DNA of 64,000 nucleotides from an uncultured Verrucomicrobiota bacterium (GCA_937872095.1 CALMNW010000034.1:20107-84106), one strand, 5' to 3'. Shown: positions 49,056-59,035, counted from the stretch's first letter. Numbers and translations: made by a program. Notes: generated by a model not told the origin, from the letters alone.

Positions 49056-49260
49056 GTTGTCCGGCGCGGTATGGGCAATAATCACGCGTAGTACTGACAC
49101 CTTTCCCGGATAATTAGCGGTCAGGATCGCTGAACATTTTGAGGCATTCGAATTTTTGCGCTTGTCGGCATCGTGTTTCCTGTTCATCGCGCGGCACGAA
49201 AGGTCAGCAGTTGAGCTGACTGGGCAGGTCGCTACACCGAAAGGTGGGAAGGCGGAATAG

Positions 49261-49470
49261 ATGACTACGAAGGAAACGGCGACGACGAGACTGAATGGAT
49301 GGACGCGGATCGGCGGGGTGCTGGAGCAGGTTCCGGTGAGCAAGCGGACACTTCTGCGTTGGCAGGCGCAAGGTCGAATCCCGGTTACAAAAGTAGGGCG
49401 CGTGACCCTGTACCGGCTGTCCGACATCGAGAAGATGTTGAGCAAGTTGACCGTCCGGGCCATTGGATAA
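49261..49470 (+). CDS. Excisionase/AlpA-like helix-turn-helix protein
   Basis: VSKRTLLRWQAQGRIPVTKVGRVTLYRLSDIEKML (HTH_17-like). Confidence 0.75.
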   Translation: MTTKETATTRLNGWTRIGGVLEQVPVSKRTLLRWQAQGRIPVTKVGRVTLYRLSDIEKMLSKLTVRAIG

Positions 49471-49480
49471 GGAGGCGACC

Positions 49481-49633
49481 ATGCGCAAGCTCAACAAAAC
49501 GGCCACCACCGTGTCACCGATGGCGGCCAGCAAGATCAACAAATCGGTGTATAGCACGGCGCCGGCGAGTTGCTCAAGCAAATCCGCCACAATGACGATA
49601 TCCGCGGCGGCGGAAGAGGGGAGGCAGATGTGA
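49481..49633 (+). CDS. Small hypothetical protein (50 aa)
   Basis: AAGGAGG SD; its TGA overlaps the primase GTG. Confidence 0.45.
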   Translation: MRKLNKTATTVSPMAASKINKSVYSTAPASCSSKSATMTISAAAEEGRQM

Positions 49634-52149
49634 GCCTAAACCGTTCCCTGCTCGAGAACGTGAAGACCGCCAACGGCAAAACCACTGCGCGCTGCCCGGC
49701 TTGCAAGGAGAGCGGTTGCGACGAGGGCGGCGATCACCTGGTGATATATCCGGACGGCCGGTACGGATGCGCCGTGAATCCTGGCGACAAAGTACACACT
49801 AAGCGGATCTTCGAACTGGTGGGCGCTAACAACGAGCCGTCAGCGCAGCACCCCGGTCGAAAGAGCGGCATGGTGTATTCAACCATCGAAGCAGCTACAT
49901 CTGCGGCGCGACGGTTCGTGGAAAAGAAAACCGAAGAATCATGGAAGTGGATCCGGACCGATGTATACAGGAGCGCGACAGGCGAACCTGTGGCCGCCGT
50001 CCTGCGCTTCGATCGTGCAGACGGGGCAACCGAGGATAACGGAAAACCCATCAAGACATATAGGCCGGTTCACGTGGTTGACGGTGGCTGGCAGTTGGGA
50101 GATCCCCCGGGCTTGCTGCCGCTGTTCAACCTGCCGGCGATCGTCAATTCCGACGGCATCATTCATATCAACGAGGGCGAGAAGGCTGCCATGGCGGGCA
50201 CGGCGCTTGGCCTGACTTCCACCACCTCCATGCACGGCGCCAAGTCGGCGGCCAAGACCGACTACGCTCCGCTGAAAGATCGAGACGTGGTGATTCACCC
50301 GGACAACGACCGAAAAGGCCGCGAGTACGCTGAAGATGTGGCGGCCCGCGCATATGCCGCCGGGGCCGCATCCGTCAAGATCGTCGTCTTGCCCGGTCTA
50401 CCGCCCAAGGGCGACATGGCCGACTACGTAGCCGCAAGGACGGGAATGGGGATGGAATCCGTACGGGCGGAAGTTGTGGCAGTGGCCGATGCGACGGAAG
50501 TGTGGTCTCCGGCCAAGGCGGCCGCCGCTGGTGTAAAACCGACGATCGTTCTTCCCGGCGGCCCACGAACCATCACGGCTGCCGGAGAGGACTTGGGCCG
50601 ACTGTTGGCATCTACTCAAAAGGTCTTCATCCGGGGCGGTGCTCTTGTCACATTAGATGCGGACGGGGATGGGCATCCAATCCTGCGCCAGCTCAAGCCG
50701 GTGGCGTTGGCATCGGTCTTTGAGTCGGTGGCCACCTTGGCGAAAATGACTCAAGGTAGCTTACAACCAGCCATCTGCACCGAGTCAGCGGCCAACTTGA
50801 TCGGGTCATCGGCCGCATTTCGTGATCAAATGCCGTCAATCCGTATTATAACGCGGTGTCCGGTGTTGATTGAGCGCAATGGCAAGTTGCTCCAAATCAC
50901 GGGCTACGACTTGGCGTCTGGCATCATGGCTGGTGGCTGTCCCGTTCCGGATATGACGCTGACCGAGGCCAAGGAGCGGCTCTACGAGCTGCTGCGCGAC
51001 TTCCGGTTCGCCACTCCCGCAGACCGGGCACGCGCTCTAGCGGCACTGATAACGCCGGCAATGGTTTTCGGAGGATTGTTGAAAGGACGGCCACCCATCG
51101 ATCTTGGTGAGGCTGACGATTCGCAGGCAGGGAAGGGGTTTCGGAATAAGATCAAATCCCGCGTATACGGCGAGACAATGCGCTGCATCGCCCAGAAACG
51201 CGACGGAGGGGTGGGCAGCTTGGAGGAGTCGTTCAACGCGGCATTGATTCAAGGGGCGGTGTTCATATGCCTTGAGAATGTTCGCGGCAAGATAGACTCG
51301 CCCGCGATAGAATCGTTCATCACCGAGGATCACTATACGGCCAGATGCGCCTATCACGAGAACGTCGACATCGATCCGCGCCGGGTTTGCTTGTCCATGA
51401 CGTCCAACAAAGCGGACCTGACCACCGATCTGGCGAACCGTTGTGCGTGCGTGAGGATACTCAAACAACCGCAGGGCTACGCGTACGCCCGATATCCAGA
51501 GGGTGACATCCTAGACCACGTGGCGGCGTACCAGGGCCGGTACCTTGGCGCCGTGTTTGCCGTGATCCGGGCTTGGCATGCTGCAGGTTGTTCGCGCACG
51601 GACGAATGTCGCCACGACTTTCGGGCGTGGGCACAGACCATGGATTGGATCGTTCAAAACCTTATGGATGCCGGGCCGTTATTGGACGGCCACCGGGAGA
51701 CTCAGCGGCGGATGACCAATCCGTCCATGAATTGGCTGCGCGACGTAGCGCTTGCTGTCGTCCGTGCTCAGCGGACCGACGAGGGGCTGCGGGCGGGACA
51801 TCTCGTCGACCTACTGGCCGAGGCGGGCGTCGATGTGCCGGGCCTTCCAGAAGGTGGGGATCCGTCAGAACCCAACAACCGGAAGTCGGCACAGCAGGCC
51901 GTTGGCCGCAAGCTGTGGCAATGTTTCCGGAACGAAGATGTGGTGGCGATCGACAGCTTTACCATACGCCGCCAGACCACATACAACCAACAGCACCGAT
52001 CTGAGACCAACGAGTATTGGTTTTCTGCAGCAGGCAATGGGGACGGCGATGGTCCTATAGTCGCAGGGCCCCCAGATTTAACCAAAGAAACCGCCCCGGT
52101 ACTGCTGGTATCGCTTGGGCTTCGGCCCCCAGACGCCAACTGCGGCTAA
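49630..52149 (+). CDS. Primase/replication protein (Zn finger + TOPRIM + degenerate P-loop helicase-like domain)
   Basis: RCPAC...H...C; INEGEKAA; HPDNDRKG; PKGDMADY; SQAGKG; GTG 49630 with GAGG SD. Confidence 0.75.
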   Translation: MSLNRSLLENVKTANGKTTARCPACKESGCDEGGDHLVIYPDGRYGCAVNPGDKVHTKRIFELVGANNEPSAQHPGRKSGMVYSTIEAATSAARRFVEKKTEESWKWIRTDVYRSATGEPVAAVLRFDRADGATEDNGKPIKTYRPVHVVDGGWQLGDPPGLLPLFNLPAIVNSDGIIHINEGEKAAMAGTALGLTSTTSMHGAKSAAKTDYAPLKDRDVVIHPDNDRKGREYAEDVAARAYAAGAASVKIVVLPGLPPKGDMADYVAARTGMGMESVRAEVVAVADATEVWSPAKAAAAGVKPTIVLPGGPRTITAAGEDLGRLLASTQKVFIRGGALVTLDADGDGHPILRQLKPVALASVFESVATLAKMTQGSLQPAICTESAANLIGSSAAFRDQMPSIRIITRCPVLIERNGKLLQITGYDLASGIMAGGCPVPDMTLTEAKERLYELLRDFRFATPADRARALAALITPAMVFGGLLKGRPPIDLGEADDSQAGKGFRNKIKSRVYGETMRCIAQKRDGGVGSLEESFNAALIQGAVFICLENVRGKIDSPAIESFITEDHYTARCAYHENVDIDPRRVCLSMTSNKADLTTDLANRCACVRILKQPQGYAYARYPEGDILDHVAAYQGRYLGAVFAVIRAWHAAGCSRTDECRHDFRAWAQTMDWIVQNLMDAGPLLDGHRETQRRMTNPSMNWLRDVALAVVRAQRTDEGLRAGHLVDLLAEAGVDVPGLPEGGDPSEPNNRKSAQQAVGRKLWQCFRNEDVVAIDSFTIRRQTTYNQQHRSETNEYWFSAAGNGDGDGPIVAGPPDLTKETAPVLLVSLGLRPPDANCG

Positions 52150-52336
52150 GAAAACGCTTAACTGCCGCTGATCTGCGGCTAATCCTGCGGCTAAGAAAAC
52201 CCCCTTTGCGGCTAATGCGGCTGAAGGTCCCCTATAGCGGATAATACAGGTTGAAAACATGAATGCTCACGCATTGAATTACTCAATGCTATGTCTACTA
52301 TTATCTTCTATGGGGGGTATTAGCCGCATAGCCGCA
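52141..52336. repeat. Iteron-like TGCGGCTAA repeats flanking an AT-rich tract (putative origin)
   Basis: Copies at 52141, 52174, 52186, 52207; variants at 52163 and 52216; inverted copies at 52320 and 52329. Confidence 0.65.
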
Positions 52337-53066
52337 GAAGGCCGGAGCTCAAGCCGGCAGAACGCCTGCTGTGCCGGTACCGCAGATTGCCCATGTGGGC
52401 GAACAGCCCGCGGACGAAAATGGGGTGACGAAGTAGATCGGCAGCTATTGGGTTCGTTCCATAGTGGTGTTGGTGCCTCGCCGACGAAAAAACGCATGTG
52501 ATGTTGGTGCCCCGTCGGCTCGGATTTTGCCGGGTCGGCCGGCCTTTATATCGGGGCGAAAACAGGTGGATCGGCGGGTGTTTTCGGGGGCACCCCCAGA
52601 AGGTGTGTCCCCGGTGGGGAACGGTCGCAATGTATTCGAGCGCTTTGGCGTTGCCGAACTTCGAGGGGAGGACGTTTCTACGGCGATGACCGTCGTATCG
52701 TCTTTTCGCCGAGGTGGATGCACGGCCATGTTGCCGAATGTATTCCAAAAAATTCCTAGAGGCGCCCCGGGGCATAGAGATAGATAACAAGCGATTAACG
52801 CGGAAAAAATAAGCACGATTTCGGCGTCGGGCCCCTAACTAAAGCATGGAACGCGTTCCACAACTGAATATCGCCGCCCGGGAGCGGCATATTAATAGGG
52901 TGCGGTAACTGTCCGCTCGACGCCGACTTTCCCGCCGTACCCTGCCGCCTTCCCGGCGGTCAAATCCCACCCCCAAAACCCCGGAGCCACAATGTACTTT
53001 TTCATCCTGATAGCGTTTCTGTTTTTACTTCTGCGCTTTGGCAGTTGGTAGCCAGGAGGAAAACTG

Positions 53067-53639
53067 ATGAAATCCTTCAACATCTTCCTGACCATCGTTG
53101 TACTCACCGTCGGAGCCGCTCTAGCCGTCTATCTCGCCGGCTGCCACAAGCAGGTAGTCCGTGCCGTCACTATTTCCGTTATGAAGCAAATTCCTCAAGC
53201 ATGGTTGATCCTGCAGACCGACGAAGAACTGACTGTCGCGACCATCGACGGCGGAAATCTCCTTTTCGGTCCCCGGTCCGGAATGGCATCGGCCGTTCGA
53301 AGATCGCATTGGGGACTCAACCTGGAACTGATCGTCGACGAGGACATCGTGGTCTCAGGACGCGAGGTACGCATCAAGCTGCCGGATCCAGCAGTCTTCG
53401 ACACGGTGGTCGACATGTCCACATTCCGCTATTTGACGCGTCGCAGTGGTTTCCACGCTTTGGGTGACGTTTTATGGGGTCGGTCGTTGTTCAGTGAATT
53501 GGCCGAGATCGCCTGCCAGACGCCGCCCAAGTACAGCCGGGAGCAGATCCAGGCACGGCGGTCGGACTTCATCCTACGACTGAACGAGCAGGCGGCATCG
53601 CTGTTCGCGGCGAAAGATCTGGTTGTTCGATTCGAGTAG
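53067..53639 (+). CDS. Membrane-anchored DUF4230-like protein
   Basis: AGGAGG SD; N-terminal TM; GLNL..I...DI.V.G..V.IKLPDP pattern. Confidence 0.5.
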   Translation: MKSFNIFLTIVVLTVGAALAVYLAGCHKQVVRAVTISVMKQIPQAWLILQTDEELTVATIDGGNLLFGPRSGMASAVRRSHWGLNLELIVDEDIVVSGREVRIKLPDPAVFDTVVDMSTFRYLTRRSGFHALGDVLWGRSLFSELAEIACQTPPKYSREQIQARRSDFILRLNEQAASLFAAKDLVVRFE

Positions 53640-53648
53640 GCGGTAACC

Positions 53649-53942
53649 ATGCCTCAATCGTTTCGATACCCGTGGCCAAGTTCCGCGATCGATCCCGGCT
53701 TGATGCGACGGTTGTACCTGGCGCGCGAAAGCTCGCCTACGCCCACGACCATCACCCGACTCATTGCCGAAGCCGTGCGCGCCGCCTATGGCCAGTCCAA
53801 TCCCCAACCTGAAACCCAACCACCCAAGGAGTCCAATGAAACTGTTGCTACCCCGTTCCGAACTGAAGGAAGCGCTGACCGGCCTGTCCAAGGTCATCAA
53901 CCAGCGCGCCAGCATCCCGATCCTGGCCTGCGTGCGGCTTGA
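53649..53942 (+). CDS. Small hypothetical, possibly ribbon-helix-helix DNA-binding protein
   Basis: SD AGG; LMRRLYLAR...TITRLIAEAV; 3' end overlaps the beta-clamp gene. Confidence 0.4.
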   Translation: MPQSFRYPWPSSAIDPGLMRRLYLARESSPTPTTITRLIAEAVRAAYGQSNPQPETQPPKESNETVATPFRTEGSADRPVQGHQPARQHPDPGLRAA

Positions 53943-55248
53943 CGCCGAAGGCCAGACCGTCCTCCTGACGGGCACGTCCATCGATCAGACCGCCAGCTAT
54001 GCGATCACCGTCGCCGAGCCCGTGCCTGCGCCTATCGCGGTCCTGATTTCCATTGCCGAGCTGCAGGCTGTCCTGAAGACGGCGCAGGGGCCCGACATCG
54101 AGATCGAGCCCGGCAAGGACGCCGTGACGATCACCGCCACCGTTGCCGGGCAGGGGATCGGGCGTCGCATCGAGACCCCGGACATCCAAGACTGGCCGGA
54201 GCTGGCCACGCCCGCCGACACCAAATCCGTCGAGCTCGGCTTCTTGGCCAGCTTGCGACGGGTGCTGGCGTTCGCTTCTCCGGACGATTCCCGACCGCTC
54301 TTGAAAGCCGCGTATTTGGATGTGTCCGCCAAGGCCGGCCACCGGATCGTGGCGACCGACAGCCGGAGGCTGACCGTCCTGCCCTGCGGGATCCTGCCGC
54401 TGGCCGAGTCGGTGATCGTCCCGTCCACCAAGTTTTTGAATTGGTCCAAGCTGGAAGGGGAGACCCGGATCGGCGCGGGCAAGGGCGTCTTTACGCTCCG
54501 GTGTGGGCCCTGGACCTATACCGCCAAGACGGTGGAAGGCCAGTATCCGCGCTGGAGCCAGGTCGTGCCCGCCTACGGGGGTGACCGGACGCTGGAGCTC
54601 TCCGAGGCCGATGCAGCGATGCTCATCAAGGCCATGCCGGGCCTGCCGACCTACGACAGCAGCCACGAGGCCGTCGTGCTGTGCATGGAGGGCAACGCCG
54701 TCCGGGTGTTCTCCCGGCAGGACGCCAAGAGCCCCGAGAGCGCCGTCCGGCTTGAATCCAGCCAGTACGAGGGGAAGGGTGCCTTCTCCGTCGGCCTGAA
54801 CCGGGAGTTCTTCCGGGATGCGCTGCAGGCCGGGTTCCGCTACTGGGAGTTTCAGGATGCCGTGAGCCCGCTTCTCGGCCGCCTGTCCAAGGACGACAAG
54901 GCCAGCATCCACGTCCTGATGCCCATCCGCACGATCGACGCCGAGGTACAAAAGGCCGAAGCCAAAGCCCCGGAGGCCAAGCCCACCCCCGTTCCCGTTC
55001 AACCCCAACCCAAGGAGATCCCCATGCCAAAGAAACACGAAGAAGTCCAACCCGCGGTCGAACCCGGGGCTCTGGACAAGATCCTGGTCGCCTACGAGTC
55101 CGCGAAGAACGCGGTGCGCCAGGCGCAGTCCGCGCTGGCCGACGTGGCGCTCTGCGTCCGCGACGCCATCCGCGAACAGAAGGCGCAGAGCCGCGAAATC
55201 GCGGAAGTCCGCGCCGGCCTGGCCAAGCTCCAGACCATCCGGGTGTAG
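53836..55248 (+). CDS. DNA polymerase III beta-clamp-like protein with C-terminal coiled-coil extension
   Basis: AAGGAG SD; ELKEAL..LSKVI..RASIPILACV, FASPDDSRPLL, VATDSRRL, VEGQYPRWSQVVP, VGLN..F..DAL, VLMPIR. Confidence 0.8.
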   Translation: MKLLLPRSELKEALTGLSKVINQRASIPILACVRLDAEGQTVLLTGTSIDQTASYAITVAEPVPAPIAVLISIAELQAVLKTAQGPDIEIEPGKDAVTITATVAGQGIGRRIETPDIQDWPELATPADTKSVELGFLASLRRVLAFASPDDSRPLLKAAYLDVSAKAGHRIVATDSRRLTVLPCGILPLAESVIVPSTKFLNWSKLEGETRIGAGKGVFTLRCGPWTYTAKTVEGQYPRWSQVVPAYGGDRTLELSEADAAMLIKAMPGLPTYDSSHEAVVLCMEGNAVRVFSRQDAKSPESAVRLESSQYEGKGAFSVGLNREFFRDALQAGFRYWEFQDAVSPLLGRLSKDDKASIHVLMPIRTIDAEVQKAEAKAPEAKPTPVPVQPQPKEIPMPKKHEEVQPAVEPGALDKILVAYESAKNAVRQAQSALADVALCVRDAIREQKAQSREIAEVRAGLAKLQTIRV

Positions 55249-55283
55249 ACCCGGTAAATCGCAAAAAGTAATTCGCTGTCACC

Positions 55284-55322
55284 AAAGGCCGTCGGGGTCA
55301 ACACCCGGCGGCCTTTTCCATT
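55284..55322 (+). terminator. Intrinsic terminator
   Basis: AAAGGCCGTCGGG...CCCGGCGGCCTTTT hairpin. Confidence 0.65.
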
Positions 55323-55367
55323 TTCGATTTAACTAAACAAACAACAAACCAACCCCAAGGAGATCAT

Positions 55368-55601
55368 ATGCATCCATTCGTCGTACTGCTCGCCATTGGA
55401 ACCGCGCTCGCTCATGACACTGGCAGGCGCCTGGAGATGCCCGTCGTGGCGCCCAACCGGCTCGAAGCCGTCTGCATCGCCGAACGTAACGGCAACGTCA
55501 TCGTTGCGGACGACGAGTACGTCTATGCCAAGTCGGTGCGGCCGGTCCATACCAGCCACTTCACCTTCACGCCGCCCTCGGGGCTGGCCGTGGCCGTCTA
55601 G
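55368..55601 (+). CDS. Small hypothetical protein
   Basis: AAGGAG SD and ATG. Confidence 0.45.
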   Translation: MHPFVVLLAIGTALAHDTGRRLEMPVVAPNRLEAVCIAERNGNVIVADDEYVYAKSVRPVHTSHFTFTPPSGLAVAV

Positions 55602-55689
55602 GCTGGCGTAGGCCGCGAAAACCACTAAGCCCCGGAGGCGAAAGCGCCGGGGCATCCCTTTGAAACAAAACGAACAGGAGAATGAATCC

Positions 55690-56163
55690 ATGAGCGTGAA
55701 TCTTGAAATGTCCTACGCGAAAAAAGTTGGGTTGCCCGAATACTCGAGCCACAATTTCAGCGTCTCGCTGAAGACCGAGGTGGCCCGCCTCGAAGACGTG
55801 TCCGGCGAAGTCGAACGGGTCTACCGGCTTCTTCAGACGGCGGTGGACGAGCAAATCGTCAACCCCGGCTTTGTCCCCGGCCACGAGCAGTCGGCACCCG
55901 CACCCAAGAACGGTGTCGACGACAGCAAGCCCTGGAAGTGCTCGGACAAGCAGAAGGCGCTGATCCTCAAGGTCGTCGCCGAGAACAAGCTCGACCGCGT
56001 CGAAGTGGAGCAACTGGCCGTCACCCGGTTCGGGCACGGCGTCGCCCTGCTTAACAAGCTGGAGGCTTCGGGGCTCATCGACGAGTTGCTGGGCAAAACC
56101 GGTCGCTCGTCGGCGAAGAAGGCCGGCGCCTTCCGCCCCTTCGAGCAGCGGAGGGCGGCGTGA
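55690..56163 (+). CDS. Hypothetical mobile-element protein
   Basis: YAKKVGLPEYSSHNFSVSL; C-terminal CSDKQ...LNKLEASGLIDEL motif like tails of phage recombination proteins. Confidence 0.6.
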   Translation: MSVNLEMSYAKKVGLPEYSSHNFSVSLKTEVARLEDVSGEVERVYRLLQTAVDEQIVNPGFVPGHEQSAPAPKNGVDDSKPWKCSDKQKALILKVVAENKLDRVEVEQLAVTRFGHGVALLNKLEASGLIDELLGKTGRSSAKKAGAFRPFEQRRAA

Positions 56164-57011
56164 GCGCCCAGGCGGCCGTTTTCCACAGCGGGTCGCTCGA
56201 CGAATCCAAGCCCGGCGATCCGTTGGCGTACATCAGCGCTTCGAGATTGAAGTCGTTCCTGACCTGCCGACTTCGGTTCTTTTACGAAAAAGTTTTGGGA
56301 CTGAAAGCGCCGGCGTCCCCGGCGCTCCAGATCGGCAAGGCGGTCCACGCGGGCTTGCAGCATTTCAACCTGGCTCGCTGGCGGGGTGGGGACACTTCGC
56401 CGGCCGCCACGCTGCAGGCGTACGACAAAGCCTACGGAGAATTGGAAGTCCAGGGTCCGGTGGATTACGAGGGCAAGGATCGCACGGAGTGCATCGACAC
56501 GGGACAGCGCGTGCTGGATGCCTATCTGGGCTCCGATCTGGCCAGCGATCCGCGGCGGATCTTGGGCGTGGAAGCCTATCTTCGCCGAGAAGAGGGGTTG
56601 CCGCTGCCGCTGGTCGGCGTCCTGGACTTGGTGCTCGAAGGCAACGTGCCGGTGGATTTCAAGACGGTGGCCTCCACGCCCGTCCTTGAAGACGAAGCCT
56701 GGCAAAACGAACTCCAGCTCACCGCCTATCACCTGCTGATGCAAGACGCGACGGGCGAGGAGCCGGGTCAGGGGGAGTTGGTTTACCTGACGAAAACGAA
56801 GGCCCCGAAGATCGTCAAACAGGTGTTGCCGCCCGTGACCCAGGTGCAGATCGACCGCCTAAAGGCGCTGATCGACGTTTACGCCGATGGTGTTAGCCGG
56901 GAGGACTACCACCCCTCACCGGGAATGTCGTGCCGCTGGTGTTCGTATAGGACGCAGTGTGCGGCATGGGCCGGGTCCAAGGTCCGGAAGGCTGTCGGCA
57001 TGGCCGCATGA
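56160..57011 (+). CDS. PD-(D/E)XK nuclease (RecB/Cas4-like)
   Basis: ISASRLKSFLTC, GKAVH, GVLDLV, VDFKT, QLTAY, CRWCSYRTQC. Confidence 0.85.
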   Translation: MSAQAAVFHSGSLDESKPGDPLAYISASRLKSFLTCRLRFFYEKVLGLKAPASPALQIGKAVHAGLQHFNLARWRGGDTSPAATLQAYDKAYGELEVQGPVDYEGKDRTECIDTGQRVLDAYLGSDLASDPRRILGVEAYLRREEGLPLPLVGVLDLVLEGNVPVDFKTVASTPVLEDEAWQNELQLTAYHLLMQDATGEEPGQGELVYLTKTKAPKIVKQVLPPVTQVQIDRLKALIDVYADGVSREDYHPSPGMSCRWCSYRTQCAAWAGSKVRKAVGMAA

Positions 57012-57271
57012 GCCGGTTCATCCGCATCAAAACGCCCGGCGAGCTGTTGGACATGATCAAAAGGAAGCCCTTGCGTTTCCTGATCCTGCTCAACTACGGC
57101 GGCGAGAGCTCGAAGCAGATCGGCTACGACCGGCGCCGCCGGGTGTTCAAGGTCCGCAACCTGATCGACGGCAGCCGGCAGGAGCTGACCTGCGCCCAGC
57201 TTATGGGCCCGAAGCATAGCAACATCGGCCCGGCAATGCGCGGCGGCGCGTTCTTTGCCGAAGTGGCCTGA
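57008..57271 (+). CDS. Hypothetical protein
   Basis: ATGA overlap with the nuclease gene; 87 aa. Confidence 0.5.
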   Translation: MSRFIRIKTPGELLDMIKRKPLRFLILLNYGGESSKQIGYDRRRRVFKVRNLIDGSRQELTCAQLMGPKHSNIGPAMRGGAFFAEVA

Positions 57272-57309
57272 CCCCGATCCCGACAACCATCAAACGAAAG
57301 GAGGGCAAT

Positions 57310-58044
57310 ATGCCCGTATGTAACTTGTGTCTTCATTGCGGGGCGGCTCAAGTCCCGCGCGCGGCCTTGGCGGCCGTGCCAACGCCCGCGGCCACCGAAA
57401 CCTGGAGGCCGATTCCTCACGAGGAGTATGTTCGCCAGGTCGAATGGGAGCTGCCACGCTACGGCCTCGACATTGTCGCCGAAGCGCACGCGCTGACGCA
57501 CGACTCGTCGAGGTACTTCGGCTTGATCCAGGTCCAGAACGGGTGCAATAGCCCTGACTATTCCTGGGTCTTGGGCTTGCGTAACTCCCATGACAAAACG
57601 CTGACGGCCGGTCTGGTCGCCGGCAGCCAGGTGTTCGTGTGCGACAACCTGGCTTTTTCGGGTGAGGTGAGCGTCAGCCGGAAGCACACGGTCAACATCC
57701 TGGAAGACCTGCCCGGCCTGGTCGGCGGCGCTCTCGGGCGACTTCTGCTGATGTTCAAGTCGCAGGACCAGCGCGTCGAACGCTACCGGGCAACCCGCCT
57801 GAGCGAGCCCGATGTGCACGACCTGACGATCCGGGCATTGGATTCGGGCGTCGTCTGTGCTTCCAAGATCCCCGAAGTGCTGAAGGAATGGCGAGAGCCT
57901 CGCTACCGTGAGTTCGAGCCCCGCACGGTCTGGAGCTGGTTCAACGGCGTGACGGAGACGGCCAAGGGTGCGCTGCATTTGTTGCCGCGCCGGACCCAGG
58001 CCCTTTACCGGCTGTGCGACGACTTCGTCGGCGTCGCTGCCTGA
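57310..58044 (+). CDS. DUF932 family protein (phage/plasmid-like)
   Basis: TETWRPIPH, LGLRNSHDK, VFVCDNLAFSG, RKHT, TVWSWFNGVTE. Confidence 0.8.
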   Translation: MPVCNLCLHCGAAQVPRAALAAVPTPAATETWRPIPHEEYVRQVEWELPRYGLDIVAEAHALTHDSSRYFGLIQVQNGCNSPDYSWVLGLRNSHDKTLTAGLVAGSQVFVCDNLAFSGEVSVSRKHTVNILEDLPGLVGGALGRLLLMFKSQDQRVERYRATRLSEPDVHDLTIRALDSGVVCASKIPEVLKEWREPRYREFEPRTVWSWFNGVTETAKGALHLLPRRTQALYRLCDDFVGVAA

Positions 58045-58141
58045 ATGTCAACCGTAGCCGTGGAGGACCGCCAACTCCACGGCATTCTTGTCGGATGAAA
58101 GGTAAGGAGACCGTGATGGCCGGCAAATATCGAGGTGAAAA

Positions 58142-58369
58142 GTGACAAGGAAACGAATCAAGGACAGCGAGCTGCCGCGCTCGCCCCAGTTCCACTTGAA
58201 GCGCTACGACAAGCTGGTGGGCAAAACGCTGACCGGCGTCTGCGTGGACCGGTCAGACGGCAGTGGCGACCCGGTGATCGGCCTGGTGTTTGGCGGGACG
58301 GTCGCCTGGATCCTGTGCGACGAAGAAGGCAACGGGCCCGGCGTCCTCGACATCGAAGGGCCGAAATGA
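58142..58369 (+). CDS. Hypothetical protein
   Basis: GAGGTG SD; CDEEGNGPGVL; stop coupled to the next ATG. Confidence 0.5.
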   Translation: MTRKRIKDSELPRSPQFHLKRYDKLVGKTLTGVCVDRSDGSGDPVIGLVFGGTVAWILCDEEGNGPGVLDIEGPK

Positions 58370-58632
58370 GCAGGAAACGCCTCATCGCCGAACAGCGACT
58401 GGAAGTGATCCGGCGCGTCGCCGATTGGTGCTACGCCAATACGCAAAGCTGGGCGCCGGACCGGATTGGGCTGGGGCTGGCCTACCTGTTCTGGGCGATA
58501 GCGTCCGACGACGGCCAGCCATTCGACACAACCATCGGGCCGAAGGATGAGTACGCCGAACTGGTGAAGCTTCTGAAGTCCAATCCGAACGGGCTGTGGG
58601 ACGAACTGCGAGCTTGCGGAGCGATTGTGTAA
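58366..58632 (+). CDS. Hypothetical protein
   Basis: ATGA overlap; MSRKRLIAEQ... Confidence 0.5.
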   Translation: MSRKRLIAEQRLEVIRRVADWCYANTQSWAPDRIGLGLAYLFWAIASDDGQPFDTTIGPKDEYAELVKLLKSNPNGLWDELRACGAIV

Positions 58633-58654
58633 ACCAACCACCGAAAGGAAGACC

Positions 58655-59023
58655 ATGCGCTACACGGAGACGACGACGATACGCTGCAGCCGGACGATGC
58701 CGATAGCCGAGTTCATTCAGACGAACGAGCTGGTGAGTGAACAGGCAGGGTCCGAGGGGGCTCTGGACTGGCTGGCCAGACAATTCCTGCCGGATGCGGC
58801 GATGAACGAGCCGTATGACGCATGGATTGCCCGGCAGGCGATCTCCATCCTGCCCACGACCTTGCTACGGGATACGGTGAATGGCTCGTCCCACATTGCC
58901 CGGAAGATCGCCGGCGTGCAGATCTCGCCCGCGGACAAGACGTGGCTGTTCCAGATCCTGGGCCATCACCCGGCGATGCTCGCCGTGTGGCGGTCCATGG
59001 TACAGGAAGCCATCGCGGCCTGA
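58655..59023 (+). CDS. Hypothetical protein
   Basis: GAAAGGA SD before ATG 58655. Confidence 0.5.
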   Translation: MRYTETTTIRCSRTMPIAEFIQTNELVSEQAGSEGALDWLARQFLPDAAMNEPYDAWIARQAISILPTTLLRDTVNGSSHIARKIAGVQISPADKTWLFQILGHHPAMLAVWRSMVQEAIAA

Positions 59024-59035
59024 ACCAAACAATAA

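Noticed and set aside
52141-52336. CRISPR array (given the Cas4-like nuclease nearby)
   Set aside because: Repeats are 9 nt with irregular short spacing and inverted copies; no cas1/cas2; fits iterons better
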